A stretch of 64,000 nucleotides of DNA. It comes from the human T2T-CHM13v2.0 reference genome, Homo sapiens. The DNA lies in NCBI RefSeq assembly GCF_009914755.1, contig NC_060925.1; one strand, given 5' to 3'. Of this stretch, positions 1 through 22,075 are shown piece by piece. Made by a program: the position numbers and the translations under genes. Positions within the stretch are counted from its first letter, which is position 1. Every line of letters starts with the position of its first letter. The notes below the pieces were generated by a model, which saw only the letters and a program-made list of their open reading frames with translations, was not told the origin of the DNA and searched no databases.

Positions 1-260
<260 letters not shown>

Positions 261-754
261 AGCTCATCTATTTCACCATTACTGATCGGCTGCTATAAAT
301 AAAGCCAGCACCTCCCATTTGTTTTAATGTTTCCCTTCCTCAAATGAAGACATGTTGCCGATTACAGCTCCTGTCGCAGCACAGCAAAAGGCTTTGTGTA
401 AATTTTCTAAAATGTACGGACAACTAAATCATAACATTCCTATCCCTTTGAGGTAGTTGCCGTCCCTAATTTATGGAGAAGGAAAGTCCTCAGGTGAAGG
501 GACTTGCTCGAAGTCACACAGCTAATAAAATGCAGTGCCCTTAACCACTGAGCCAGGCTGCCTCCGCCGTTTAACCAAAGGATTAGTAGTGACAGAGCTG
601 AAACCGCAGTAAAAACTATGAACGGCGAGAAAAACAGTCCTAACATTTTAGTTACCTGTGTAGAGTTATCCCTGCTGACTGGATACACAAGGGTTCTTAG
701 GGTTTTTTAATGCTTAAAATAGCACAAGACTTCTCTTTTTGCCCAACCAAAGTC

Positions 755-970
755 TGTATTAGGGTTCTCCAAATGGAATCAATAGGATGTGTCTATATAG
801 AGGCAGGTTTATTTTGAGGACCTGGCTCCCTATGGGGATTGGCAAAGTCTTAAAAGCCGCAGAGTAGGCGGGCAGGCTGGAGAGCCAGGGAGGAGCCAGC
901 GGTGCAGTTCAGGTTTGAAGCCTGGCCGCTGGCAGAATTCCATCTTCTTCCAGGGAGGTCACTCTTCTTC
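755..970. mobile_element. MLT2-type (ERVL) LTR fragment
   Basis: Begins TGTATTAGGGTTCTCC...GGCAGGCTGGAGA, typical of the MLT2 consensus. Confidence 0.65.
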
Positions 971-1411
971 CTGGGGGTGTAGAACCACTCACTAAATTAG
1001 CATAGCCCCTGCATTTTACAGGTTAGGGCTGAGGTGGTGGAAGAGGGAGTGACTTGCCCAAGGACACAGCTGTTAGGGCCAAGCAGTGGCTCCTGGGTTT
1101 CCTGGTTTCCATCCCAGTTCTTATTGCTCATCACCACTGTCTCATGTTTGAGCTCTGGCCAGTTTGGGGTGACAGGTGACATCTGGCCTAGTCCCCAGCC
1201 CCTGACCTTGTCTTTTGCCACAGCTTAACTGGCAGAAGCTAAGGATGGGAAATTTGACTAATCCTGCTTAAAACTAAAGAGGCTTTTTTAACTGAGGAGA
1301 TTGATCCTCCTAAACTTACCATTCACACACACCTTCTTCGCACACTTCACCCTCCTATGCCTGAAAATGTTATTAGTTATCAATTAATTTCACATTAAAA
1401 AAATTTTTTTT

Positions 1412-2830
<1,419 letters not shown>

Positions 2831-3918
2831 GGACTTTCATTTTTTTAAAAGGTTCAAAGTTATAGTGCAAGGTTAAGTTGCTTACAGATAGCAGGTGCTT
2901 TAGGAACCCTCTAGAAGGAAAGTTGCCATGGGCTGGGTCATCAGGGCTGGTCACAGAGGAAGGAGGAGCTTGAGTTGGGCTTGATGGCTGAGCAGGGATG
3001 AGCCAGACAGAGCAATACTATAGAAACAGGGGCTGGAAGGATGCTGTGAGCAGCTTTCAGAGGGAGGCGTCCAAAGGATGAGTGCAGGCAGCGTGCAGAC
3101 CAGCCTGGCAGCAGCCAGAACACAGATAACCTCCTGGGCAGTCTGATGGACAGCCGAGTGACACATGAAAGCAACATATTTTGATGTGGCTCAGAGCAGG
3201 GAAGGCACGGCACTGAGAGTGGGGTAGTCTAGAGATGGTGCCTGGTAGGCTATGGCCAAGGGGCATATGCAGAGCTGTGCCTGGCACCCAGGGGTGACTA
3301 ACCTTGGAAAGGAAGAGCTCAGCAGATCAGACCATTTGAGAGGGAAAGCGGAGCCTGGGTGACTGGAAGAGTGACGTCACCGCTGCCTGAAGCAGGGGAA
3401 GACCCACCAGATTTTTGTCACATGGCCTCTTTCCCAGTGCAGCACTGCCCCCAGCACCTGCACCTCCATCTATTTCTGTCTGAACTCTTGTACTCTTGCT
3501 ACCTTTCTGGACAGAGTAGCCTCATCGGGGCCCTAAGAGGCAGAGAGAGAAAGACAGTACTGAATCCCTCTGCTCTGGGGATGCGCCTGATGTCACCCAC
3601 TTGCCTGAGAGACCCTCTGAGATCACTGTGGATCACACACTCCTGCTAGTTGCCCAGGAGCCGTCAGCCAAGGTCTTTGCAGAGCGAGCTGTCTCCATAA
3701 TCAGACACCTCCAGAACTCTGCTGGAGAGTGAAGGCAGCAAGGAGAGGTGCACTGGCTGCAGGACGTGGGGTTTCTGACCTCTCAGATCATTGAGTATTG
3801 TGATCCCAGTGAAGCAACAGAGTTTGAGAAAAATCATTCTGAATAATGAGAAAGAAGATGGCCTGGACCCAGGCTGAGCAGTAGAACCTGGTTGGGTTGT
3901 GTTTTTCTGGTTTATTGA

Positions 3919-4401
<483 letters not shown>

Positions 4402-4546
4402 TAGGTAGGAAAAGACAGATTATCCACAGGAAAGGTGCCTGTATAGTCAGGTTACCTCCCCCTGTTACACAGAAGTCTAAACCAGAATGTTTGAAATTGT
4501 ATTCTGCCCACAGATCACCCAGAGATCAGGTTCAAAGGTAGATTTT

Positions 4547-4970
4547 GGCCAGGCCTGGTGGACCATGCCTGTAATCCCAGCACTTTGGGAGGCCAATCAC
4601 TTGAGCTCAGGAGTTTGAGACCAGCCTGGGCAACATGATGAAACCCCATCTCTATGAAAAATACAAAAATTAGCCGGGTGTGACAGCTTGCACCTGTATG
4701 TAGTCTTAGCTACTTGGGTGGCTGGTGGCTGAAGTGGGAGGATCACTTGAGTGCAAGAGGCAGAGGCTGCAGTGATCCAAGATTGTGGCACTGCACTCCA
4801 GCCTGGGTAACAGAGTAAGACCCTGTCTCAAAACAAAAAACAAACAAACAAAAAAAACCCAAAGGTAGATTCTGATTCAGCAGGTCAGGGATGGGGCCTA
4901 AGATTGTGCCTTCCCAATAAGCTCCCACGTGATACCAATGCCACTGCTCTGTCAACCACACTTTGAGTAA
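4547..4970 (+). mobile_element. AluJ-like element (4547-4857) inserted beside or into a MER5-like DNA transposon fragment
   Basis: TSD CAAAGGTAGATT at 4533 and 4860; GATTCTGATTCAGCAGGTC...AAGCTCCCA resembles MER5. Confidence 0.8.
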
Positions 4971-6081
4971 CAAGTGCCTAAACCACTGATTTCTACCTTG
5001 ATTGGTTAGTTCACCATCCCCTCCTTCCTGCAACCTGCCTCACTGGAGAGGGGGAACTGGATCTCTTTCCTCTAAGCTCACTCTGCAAGCCCACCTCCAG
5101 CTCCGAGGCTTGCATGTCAACTCCCTACTCTCAACTCTTGGAAGGACTCAAGACTTTGGGAAATTGAAGAGTATTTTTCCCCCACGAAAACAATTTCTGT
5201 CCACTTAATTTATTTACCTTGCCATTGCTAGGTAGGTTTTAAAAATGTATTAAGACCCGATGCTCTGTCTCCTGCCCATCCCTGGGCCCATCCATTCAAG
5301 GCCGCAGTGGGAAGTGGCCACAGCCGTTCATGGTGGGCCCTAGAGGATGCAGTTTCTTGTTCTGATTTGGGGAATGAAGGTTATTAGACTGTTGCACTCC
5401 AAGCTGGGTTAATAGCTAACAAGTAGCCAAATCCTTTGCCTGTGAAACATCCAGTCTTAGCATCAAAGCATGCCCTGGTTGGGGCATGACAGCTGTTGCA
5501 TTCACAGCAGCTACAAGATTGTTGATTCTTACCAGATCTTCTTGATACAGGTTTCATATGTCCTGAGAGCCCTTCCCAATACAATGAGGACAATAAGGTG
5601 CTTTCCCCACTCTTTGGTTTTTGTCTGTTTGTCGTGGGAGATGGAGGAAGGCTGTTCTGTGATTCAGTACAACTTCACCCAGGGTGGAGCATGTCAGGCT
5701 CTGGCCTGGCTGCTGAAGGGAGCCTGCAGAATGAGTTAGTGATCCAGTGGTCAATTTTGAACTGGTGGGGACCAGAGGCACCGATGGCAGGAAGCAGCAC
5801 CCCATATCCTGATCACCTTGGCATCTCCTCCAGCCCTGGCATCTAGGCTGCAAGAGTTTGAGGAGTGTGAAGAATCCTCTGAGTTGGCATGGATGGTACC
5901 TCTGTCTGCCTCCCAGGAGTAACTAGTCTCAGCCTGCCAGTTAAGACAGGTCATCTTATCTCGAAGGTCAGAGCCAATTCTAGGCAGTAGCTGCCCTGCT
6001 CCAGGTTACAGGCAGGGCTTACAAGGAACTTACCATTCTGCTCCGGCCTGTGTAACCCTGGGTTCCTTGTGGGTGTTCCAG

Positions 6082-6182
6082 GCAGGTTCCTCCAGCGAAG
6101 CCATCTTGAACACAATGAGCCAGGAGCTGGTCCCAGCGAGCCGAGTGGCCTTGGCTGGGGAGTATGGAGCAGTCACTTACAG
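6082..6182 (+). CDS. PINK1: PINK1 exon 3 (contains autophosphorylation site S228)
   Basis: TTCCAG acceptor; [33 protein letters not shown](R); donor GTAAGT at 6183; 101 nt. Confidence 0.97.
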
Positions 6183-6956
6183 GTAAGTGCCCTCTGCCTG
6201 CCAGACTGACTGGGACTTCTTTGAGAGCAACTTCATCCATCACTTATGTCCTCAGCACCTGGTACAGTGTCTGATATGACAGTAGATAATAAAGGCTTAA
6301 TGTTGGTGATGGATTTTCAGTTAGTGGATAATTTCACTTGGGAAAGATTGCAGGTAATCTGACCCCAAATGATGATGCACTTGCGTAATTCACATTGGAG
6401 CAGGGGAGAGGAGGCCCCCCAAAAATGCCCAGTTCACAGTGTTGCATGATTGACTGGGGTTCTCAGATTCCTCCTAAGAAATGCACGGGTAGAGCGCCAC
6501 CTATCGGAATAAACTGAACTCTGTCCCCACCAGAGGGAACACTCATTTCACTAATAGTTATGTGCACTGATGGTGCTAAGAGATTTTAAAAAAAACAAAA
6601 AGTGGTCTGTTGGCCCAGAGGTCTCAGTGTGGCAGCAGAGAGCCCAGGGTGTAAGTGCTAGAATCGAGTATGCTTGGGCTGAGGGAGCCCAGGGGAGGCG
6701 TGTGCTGCAGAGGAGGGGCTGCTCAGAAAGCCTTCTCAAAGGGACAGTTTGTGCCACCTTGTGAAGGATGAATTGGCATTACTTGGGCAGAGGAGTAGGG
6801 AAGTGGCATTCCCAGCAGAGGGAAGAGCAAGTGAACAGCAGCTACGCTTTCAGCTCAGAAAAGCCCATGTCCACCACCAGCCTCACCACAGGTGGTGAGG
6901 ACTGACGCGCAGGCTATGACAGAGGAGATACTTGTGCCCACCTCAATATTTACAGC

Positions 6957-7230
6957 CTGGCTCATGCCTGTAATCCCAGCACTTTGGGAGGCTGAGGTAG
7001 GCAGATCACTTGAGCCCAGGAGTTCAAGAGCAGCCTGGGCAACATGGTGAAACCCCGCCTTTACAAAAAATAAATTTTAGCCGGGCATGGGGGCAAATGC
7101 CTGTGATCCCAGCTACTCAGGAGGCTGAGGCGGGAGGATCATTTGAGTCCAGGGAGGTTGAGGCTGCAGTGAGCCAAGATCATGCCACTGCACTCCAGCC
7201 TGGGCGACCCTGGAGTGAGACCCTGTCTCT
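6957..7230 (+). mobile_element. Alu (AluJ-like) lacking an A-tail
   Basis: Alu consensus ends at CTGTCTC without poly(A). Confidence 0.9.
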
Positions 7231-8429
7231 CATTTGTAGACCCACCAAGAAGAGGTGGGTCTGCTGCATTTTTGGTGATTTACTGGAGGGCTGGTTTATA
7301 GATCTTCATTCTGTCAGAAGCAGGGAGGCAAAAGTATGAAATTAAGGGAGTGGTTGTGGAAAACCCCTTCCATGGTTTGGAGGTTTCCAATGTGACTGGG
7401 AGTCCCTGCAGGCCGGTGGAGGTAGCTGCTCAAGTGGCTGCTGCTTCTCCTGAGGCCTTTTTGGAGAAAGTGGACACCTGAATGTCAGCTGCTTTGGGGC
7501 TAACATGATCCTTGATGCCTCCTTTTGTGGCATGAGTGGCAGCCGGCCGACGTGGTGCTGTCCTGCTGCCGGAGCACCATGATGTCTGCTGCTGAGACCT
7601 CCCATCTGACATAGTCCCTGTCCCTCTTCAGGGACTTTGTTCCTTTAGCAGTTCTCACTGTCTGGCCTCAAATAACACGTCTTTTTCTGTTGGTTCCTTT
7701 TTGCTCCGGCTGTACTGTAAACACTCTTTGTTTACTGCATACCCTCAGTAAATACCTGTTGAATGACCGGATAGATGTGGCAGCAGGTACATTACCTCAA
7801 CTTCTGGTACACCTTGGGAGAAGCTTTCCCAAGAACACCCTGGGTTCATTTCCTCCTAGCCTCTGCTCTCCTGGGGCCCAGAGATTGAAGGCGCTTAACC
7901 TGCTCATCTCACCACGTCTCCCGCCTTATCTCTCACCCTTCTCATCAGCACCCTACACTCCACCACGCTGGCTTCATAGCTCCTTCCCCGAATGTGCCAG
8001 GCTTCTCTGTGACCATCTCTTGAGCGTACAGCTGGCTATACCTGGGCTGCCCTCCTCCCACATTTCAGGTCTCAGTTCAGACACCCGCAACCCCACCATG
8101 TATCTCCCCAGTACAGCCATACTCCTCTGCCCCTGAGCTCCCATGACACCTGCTGGGGCCCTGACAGCCTGGGGCTGTGATCATGACTTGCCCAGGGGCC
8201 CGAGGGTGGAAATGATGCTCTGGCTCCTTTGATTGCATAGAACAGGGGCCACTCAGGTTGACTCAAGAGCAGGAGCAGCGCGTGGGCACACGTGGACTGC
8301 AGCCACACAGCCTGGGGACCATGCAGTGCTGGGAGAGGCCGGTGCCCTGCTCTCTCCCCAGCACCGTCTAGGCTCTGCCCCATTCGCTTCCCTCCACCAT
8401 TGTTATGCAGCAAAGGGGGCTCTAGCCTG

Positions 8430-9150
8430 ATGTGCTAGAAGCAGTCACACTGGATTTTTGAGAAAAGCCAAGCTTTCTATTGTGAGTCGACTCATATGGA
8501 GACAGGAGTTGAATTCAACCCTGTCTCCCTGTGCTAGCTTTAAGGCGGTAATTTTATTAGAGGAGGTTTAAGGGGTGGATTCTAAGATTAGCAGGTGATT
8601 GATGGAAGGAAAGGAGAAGTCTGGACAGTCCTTGGACATGCACAGTTATCTGTTCATGCCAACTCATGGGTCCCCTGTGCAGATTTGGGAGGAGTGAGTA
8701 TGAAACGTGCAGTGGCAATTCAGGCTTTGACATCAGCAAACTTGTTCTGTGCAAGCTGCAATTGGCCTTATTGGTTCCAACCAATTTCAGCCAGTTCTTT
8801 TATCTCATAAGCAGAGGGAGTTTCAGCCTTTCAGAAAGTGGTTTCTGCAAACTCAAATTTTCTTTTATTTTTCTGAGACAGGGTCTTACTCTGTTGCCCA
8901 GGCTGGAGAGCAGTGGCGTGATCTTGGCTCACTGCAGCCTCAACCTCCCTGGGCTCAAGTGATCCTCCCACCTCAGCCTCCCAAGTAGCTGGGTCTGCAG
9001 GCACATGCCACCATGCCCAGCTAATTTTTGTAGTTTTTGTAGAGACAGAGTTTCTCCATGTTGCCCGGGCTGGCCTCGAACTCCTGGGCTCAAGCAATTG
9101 CCTGCCTCAGCCTCCCAAATTGCTGGGATTACAGGAGAGAGCCACGGGAA
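8430..9150. mobile_element. Probable ERV LTR fragment (about 8430-8855) followed by an antisense Alu (8860-9148)
   Basis: The Alu is clear; the LTR call rests on resemblance to MER34/MER39-like LTRs only. Confidence 0.55.
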
Positions 9151-10011
9151 TTTCCATCAGTTACTGATTCTTGAACTTGTAGGAACGTGGTTCCACTGTC
9201 CACATGCTGTTCTTTCCTCGCATCTCCTGTTCCTGCTTCCCTTTGGCCTGCTCACCTCTGGCTCCTCATGGCCCCAGTGAAGTATCGTGGCTTCCTCTCC
9301 ACTGCAGACTGGCAGATTTCTTCACTCACACTCCCAAAAAGAGAATCTACTTCCCTCCCTTCCCTTCGTCCAACCATCTGGGTCTCAAGTGTCACTGTAG
9401 GTTCACTGCCGTTGGGGCAGGTGACTCCTTGGGCCAGTCAGCTTTGGCTGAAGGGCAGGGCTGGCACACAGCTGGCAGAGCCACCCCATCCAAAATCCAG
9501 CCACTGTGCCTCAGCAGGGCTGTGGTTTGGGGGTCGGGGGGCGCTCCCCACAGGATAAGGAGCAGCCAGGGCAGGCAGATGACACTACCACTACTAGCTG
9601 CATCTGGATCTATTCACTTATTCAACAAAGGTTTATTACACCCATATTCTATGCCAACTACTGTACTAGACTTGGAATAATGGAGAAAATTCAGGCACAG
9701 TCCTTGCTCTTAGGGAGCTCACATGATTACTCATTGATGAATATCTCTCTCCCCTGATAGACTGCAAATCCATGAGGACAGGGACTCTGTCTTGTTCTGT
9801 GCCATAGTTCCACAGCATTCCAGCATGATGTCTGGTACTCAGCATGCAAACAGTGCGTATTGGTTGAATGAATAATAGTACAGCTAATAGCAGCTGAGAG
9901 CTTCCTCTGTGCTAGACACGATTCTAGGTGCCTTCCACACTTTGACAACCTTATGCAGCGTGTTAACACTGCATTCCCCTTGCACCCTGGAGATTGAGCC
10001 CAGAGAAGATA

Positions 10012-10330
10012 AGGACAGAGGGGACACATTCCAAGATAGACCCCCCAGTGGATGCCTGAAGCCACAGATAGTAACAAACCCTATATATACTGTGTTTTTT
10101 CCTATACACACATACCTATGGTAAAGTTTAATTTATAAATTAGGCACAGTAAAAAATTAAAGATAACATAAAATAGAATAATTATGACAATATACTGTAA
10201 TAAAAGTTATGTGAATGTGGTCTCTCTCTCTCTCCTCTCTCTAAATATCTTCTTGTACTCACCTATTCTCAAACTGTAGATAACTGAAATTGCAGAAAGC
10301 AAAACTGTGGATAAGGTTGGGGCTACTGCA
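10012..10330. mobile_element. Tigger4a/MER46A-like DNA transposon
   Basis: CCCCCAGTGGATGCCTGAA...AAAACTGTGGATAAG...CTACTG matches the recalled consensus. Confidence 0.75.
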
Positions 10331-10576
10331 ACTCAGCCAAGGACTTACAGTGGCAGACCTGGAATGCAAACCCAGGCAGTCTGATACCAGGGTTTCTCCA
10401 CCTGTGTTCTGCCACATGGGATGGATAGGATGGATGGGTGTACGGATGGACGGACGGACAGACGGATGGACAAATGGATTGAAGGATGGGTAGGGGAGTC
10501 ATCAGATGTGTTCTCCAACACCATGTACAGTACCTGGCACATAGCAAATCTATGATAAACATTTGATAGTAAGTGA

Positions 10577-10861
<285 letters not shown>

Positions 10862-11372
10862 TAAGTGACAGCAGCGCGGCAGGGCCTGGAGCTGATACAT
10901 CTCCCAAGGGGAGCTGGTTCCTGCCCTCCATGTGCACCTTGATCAGGGGGTTTTGGAGAACAGGGTCATCACCCTTCCGGAGAAGAAAGCCATGCAAAGG
11001 GAACATATCTGCCCTGGAGAGCATTTTCCCTGTAGGACGATTTTTCATGGAAACAAACTCTCATCTTCATCCAGAACATACTTGTCACCTAGTCCTTTTG
11101 GTCCATTTGACTGTTAACCTTTTCTGTGGCTGGACTTATCTGTTTTTAACATAAAAACCGTTCTCCTTCCTCACCCTCTGTATCCCCTAACTTTGCTATA
11201 GTGGGTATTTTATTTTAAGGAAATAATTATCTGCACCATTACTTTGAATATAGGGAGCCCCAACTCTTACTTCCTAATTTGAGGATGGTGAGTGGGAGGG
11301 AACAGAAAGGATGCTGGGGAAAAATGGGAATCAAAGTGCTCCTGGAAGGGGAAGAGGAACGGCCTAACCCTA

Positions 11373-14300
<2,928 letters not shown>

Positions 14301-14584
14301 ATAACTGATTCTTAATGCACCTGGTTCTTAGGTTTGGATTTGGGGTTTCAAATTCAAATCAAAGTCTCCTGGGGTATAAGGGCCCTTGGAGATCATTTGA
14401 ACCAAGCTCTAGCTCCTTTGGTCTTGGGGACAGCTCCAATTACTAGAACATGATTTAAATTGAGCCACACAGTCCTTTGCCTGGGGATTTTGCAGCCTGT
14501 ACTTACTGGAGGCATTTCCGTGTTCGCACAGCAGGCCCTTCTGATCAGCTCTCAGGCCTTGCTGACCTCCTGGGCCAACACTGA

Positions 14585-14902
<318 letters not shown>

Positions 14903-15144
14903 TGATAACCCAACACCTCCATCTTTTCTGACCCATAATTTGGCACAAGTTCCTTCCCTGCCACTTTGCTTTCCTCCGGCGTTCCCTCATGTTCCAGGAG
15001 AATGCAAGTCCTGTCACATAAACCAGGTGGTCTAAGCAGACCCCTTCTGGGTCTGAGCCACAGCTCACTCAAGCTCTGGGTTCCTTGGGACAGAGTTCAG
15101 ATTAGCCCATGGATCAGGTGATGTGCAGGACATGAAAAGGTTAG

Positions 15145-15459
<315 letters not shown>

Positions 15460-15652
15460 TAGAAACCTCTGTTCTCGTTCCAGAGTGAAGGTCAGGTTTG
15501 GGCCAGAGCCACAGTGACAGATCCTCTGTGTTAGGAAGGTAAAGGCTAGTTACAAGAGAACAAAAAACAGATTTTAATGTAGGTAGGAGTAGGAGCACTA
15601 GCCACCACAGCATAGTCAGAATCCTAGCAGTTCAACTCCTGTGGCTTTTTTA

Positions 15653-16234
<582 letters not shown>

Positions 16235-16601
16235 TTAACTGCTCTCTGTACGTGGCCTGCTATCTTGGTGCGCAGTGAAGGTTAGAATAACAGCTGCAAC
16301 CAGTTATGAAATGATAGAGGAGACTACTTACCTGGTTCAAGGGACCAGATAGCTGTGCACAAGAGGCACTAGGCTTTCCACCCAGGGGGAAAGGCTATTT
16401 CAACAATGCATGCTGCCCCATGCAGAGGTGTACACATGGAAAAGCTTGGAGCACGGGTAGGGGACAGGCAGTATTTGTCACCTGAGTGAAGGGCATCAGT
16501 AGGAGATAGGGTAGAGGAAGAATTGGGTTGGGACCAGAGAAGGGAAGACCCTCACTAACAAAGCAGGCTTTGGGTTGAGACTGTGTTAACAGATGTTCTA
16601 G

Positions 16602-16883
<282 letters not shown>

Positions 16884-17705
16884 TGTCCCTGCATGGAGCT
16901 GGTGAATTACTAAAAGAACTTGGCATCCTCTGTGTCGTGATGGTCTGTGAATGGTGAGGGTGGGAGTCAGGAGACAAGACAGCGCAGAGAGGGCTGGTTA
17001 GCCGGAAAAGGCCTCGGGCTTGGCAAATGGAAGAACTTGAGTGAGAGTTCAGTCTGCAGTCCTGTGCTCACAGACATCTGAAAAGTGAATGGCCAAGCTG
17101 GTCTAGTAGATGAGGCTGGACTGAGGAGGGGTAGGCCTGCATCCACATAGAGGATCCAGGCCAAGGCACTGGCTGTCAGTGGCAGAGTTTGGCTGTGACC
17201 TTTGCCCCTAACACGAGGAACTCGTTTGAAGGGGGCAGCGTAGCATGTCTGATTTGCCACCTGGATGAAGGCAGACATCAACATGGGTCAGCACGTTCAG
17301 TTACGGGAGTGGGAAATTACATGAGGCCTGGGCCTCTGCGTTCCCAAGCTGTGCGTTCTGGACCAGCTACTGAATTATTAATCTCACTTAGCGAAAGTGA
17401 CGGATGAGCAGTAAGTAAGTAAGTGTGGGGATTTAAACTTGAGGGTTTCCCTCCTGACTAGCCTCTCTTACAGGAATTGTGAAATATTAAATGCAAATTT
17501 ACAACTGCAGATGACGTATGTGCCTTGAACTGAATATTTGGCTTTAAGAATGATTCTTCTTATACTCTGAAGGTGAGAATATTTTGTGGGCAGGTATCAA
17601 CATTGGGGAAGAGATTTCATGTCTAACTAACTAACTTTATACATGATTTTTAGGAAGCTATTGCCTAAATCAGCGTCAACATGCAGTAAAGGTTGTCTTC
17701 AACTG
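16884..17705 (+). other. PINK1: PINK1 3'UTR with variant poly(A) signals ATTAAA (17486-17491) and AGTAAA (17685-17690)
   Basis: Both hexamers seen in sequence; no AATAAA noticed in this stretch; the 3' end position is inferred. Confidence 0.75.
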
Positions 17706-17976
17706 AGCTGTTCTAGTTTTCTCTTCCCCAGCACTGTCATCTAGATTTTCCATTTCAGTAATTCCCACCCCTCGGTCTACTAGCAACAACAACTTTCTTG
17801 TATCCTTTGAGGAGACGTTAGGGAGAACCATCATCATTTCACAGTTAAAAGAAAGACAGTCCAGTCCTAGGCAAAATTTCATGAAGCCACTTACTTAGGA
17901 TTTTGTATCCAGTCAGTCATCACCCACAGTAACCCCCACCCACAGCCATTAGCAAACCAGGACCGGGGCCAGGTGA

Positions 17977-18314
<338 letters not shown>

Positions 18315-18568
18315 ACGTCCCTATTTTAGAAATGAGAGGAGTGACTGCACATAGGAAAAATGCCACTTTTAGCAATTCAAAGTGGAAAAACTTCTTTTAT
18401 ATAAAAATTATCCCAACTCCCACCCCTTGGCTCTCAGTGTTGCATCTCCCACAGAGGTAAAGTTGTGCCATTTTCCCACGGCTTTAAACAAAGCAAAACA
18501 AAACCACCAATCCTAATAACCCCCCTCCCTGCCCCGTCTCCACGCTGTGCGGAGAGGGCTCTAGCCCC

Positions 18569-19162
<594 letters not shown>

Positions 19163-19769
19163 CTGAGATAAAAGGCCAGGTTAGCCAGGGCTGGCCATGA
19201 CTGGAGGCCTTCCACCACCTGCAGGCAGAGCTGCACTTAATTCCCACCCGACGAACATGGCAGGAATGCCCAGGAGTTCAGAAGACCTGCAGATGCCCCT
19301 GCCACCCGGCCCTGATCAGTAACCAGTCTCTCTCCTCAGCAAGGTTAATCCCCCAACACAGCATCTCTGCCTCTTCTCTGAAGGCCTAGATTCCTTCACA
19401 CAGTATTCATGGCCCATCAAAGTCTGGACCCAAACCACCCTCCTGCCCCGACATGTGCCAGGCACTTTCAAGTATTCATGCTTCCATATTCGCTTTCTCT
19501 TGCCTAACAAATTCATCCTAATGACCTATTTCTCTTATTAAGTCCAACTTCCTGGGCAGAGTTAATCAGTGAAGCCCCTCCCACTGCTGCCCCCCATAGC
19601 AAATACACACACCTCTTCAAAAGAAGTGCTCCTATTAGGACATCAGTTTTCACGCCAGGCTCTGCATCTCACCTGGCATGCTTAGGTGTAGGGATTAACT
19701 TATTCATCTTTATTTATGCCCTTTAGGCCAGCAAAGAAGTGTTCAATAAGTGCTTCTGAGCTGAGCTCA

Positions 19770-20099
<330 letters not shown>

Positions 20100-20412
20100 T
20101 CATGGTTAAAGGGAACGCAGGAAACAAACGAAAAGATATGGCTGGTTGCTTGTCATCTGCACAACAAATACACAAATTTCTAAAAGGAACGGTGGAGGTT
20201 AGGGATCTCTAGATAAGTCACTACTACCTTAAAAAATTGGAAGTGCCAATACCAGCAATATAGCAATAAAGCCCTGAAATAATCTGACAGCACCTGAAAC
20301 ACTCAGCCTCTGACACTTTTAGCTAAAAGCCTCCTTCTTCCCCTTCTGAGTCCTCCCCATATACACACACTGCACCACCCGGATCCCCGGCCCCTAAGCC
20401 TCCTGGCAGCTA

Positions 20413-20727
<315 letters not shown>

Positions 20728-20786
20728 TCATTTCCTTCGCCTCAGCCAAATGTGCTGTTCTGCTTCATTTTTATTTCGAAGCCTCA

Positions 20787-20999
<213 letters not shown>

Positions 21000-21035
21000 T
21001 TAATTGCCAACCACTTAGCTCTTGTCTTGATATAA

Positions 21036-21497
<462 letters not shown>

Positions 21498-21625
21498 TTA
21501 ATATAACAAATTAATCCCATCTACGTACCCTTAAAGAATTACAATTTTGCCTTGATTTCCCAAAAAAATTAAGTGACCCCTTCTTCCCCCAGGTTTCTGC
21601 TGTCCTCTCCCTGCTCACTCACTCA

Positions 21626-22075
<450 letters not shown>

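Noticed and set aside
8470-8538. HindIII, SalI, NdeI, EcoRI and NheI sites clustered like a cloning polylinker
   Set aside because: The sites are non-contiguous and embedded in continuous genomic sequence with no vector elements; kept only as a palindrome observation
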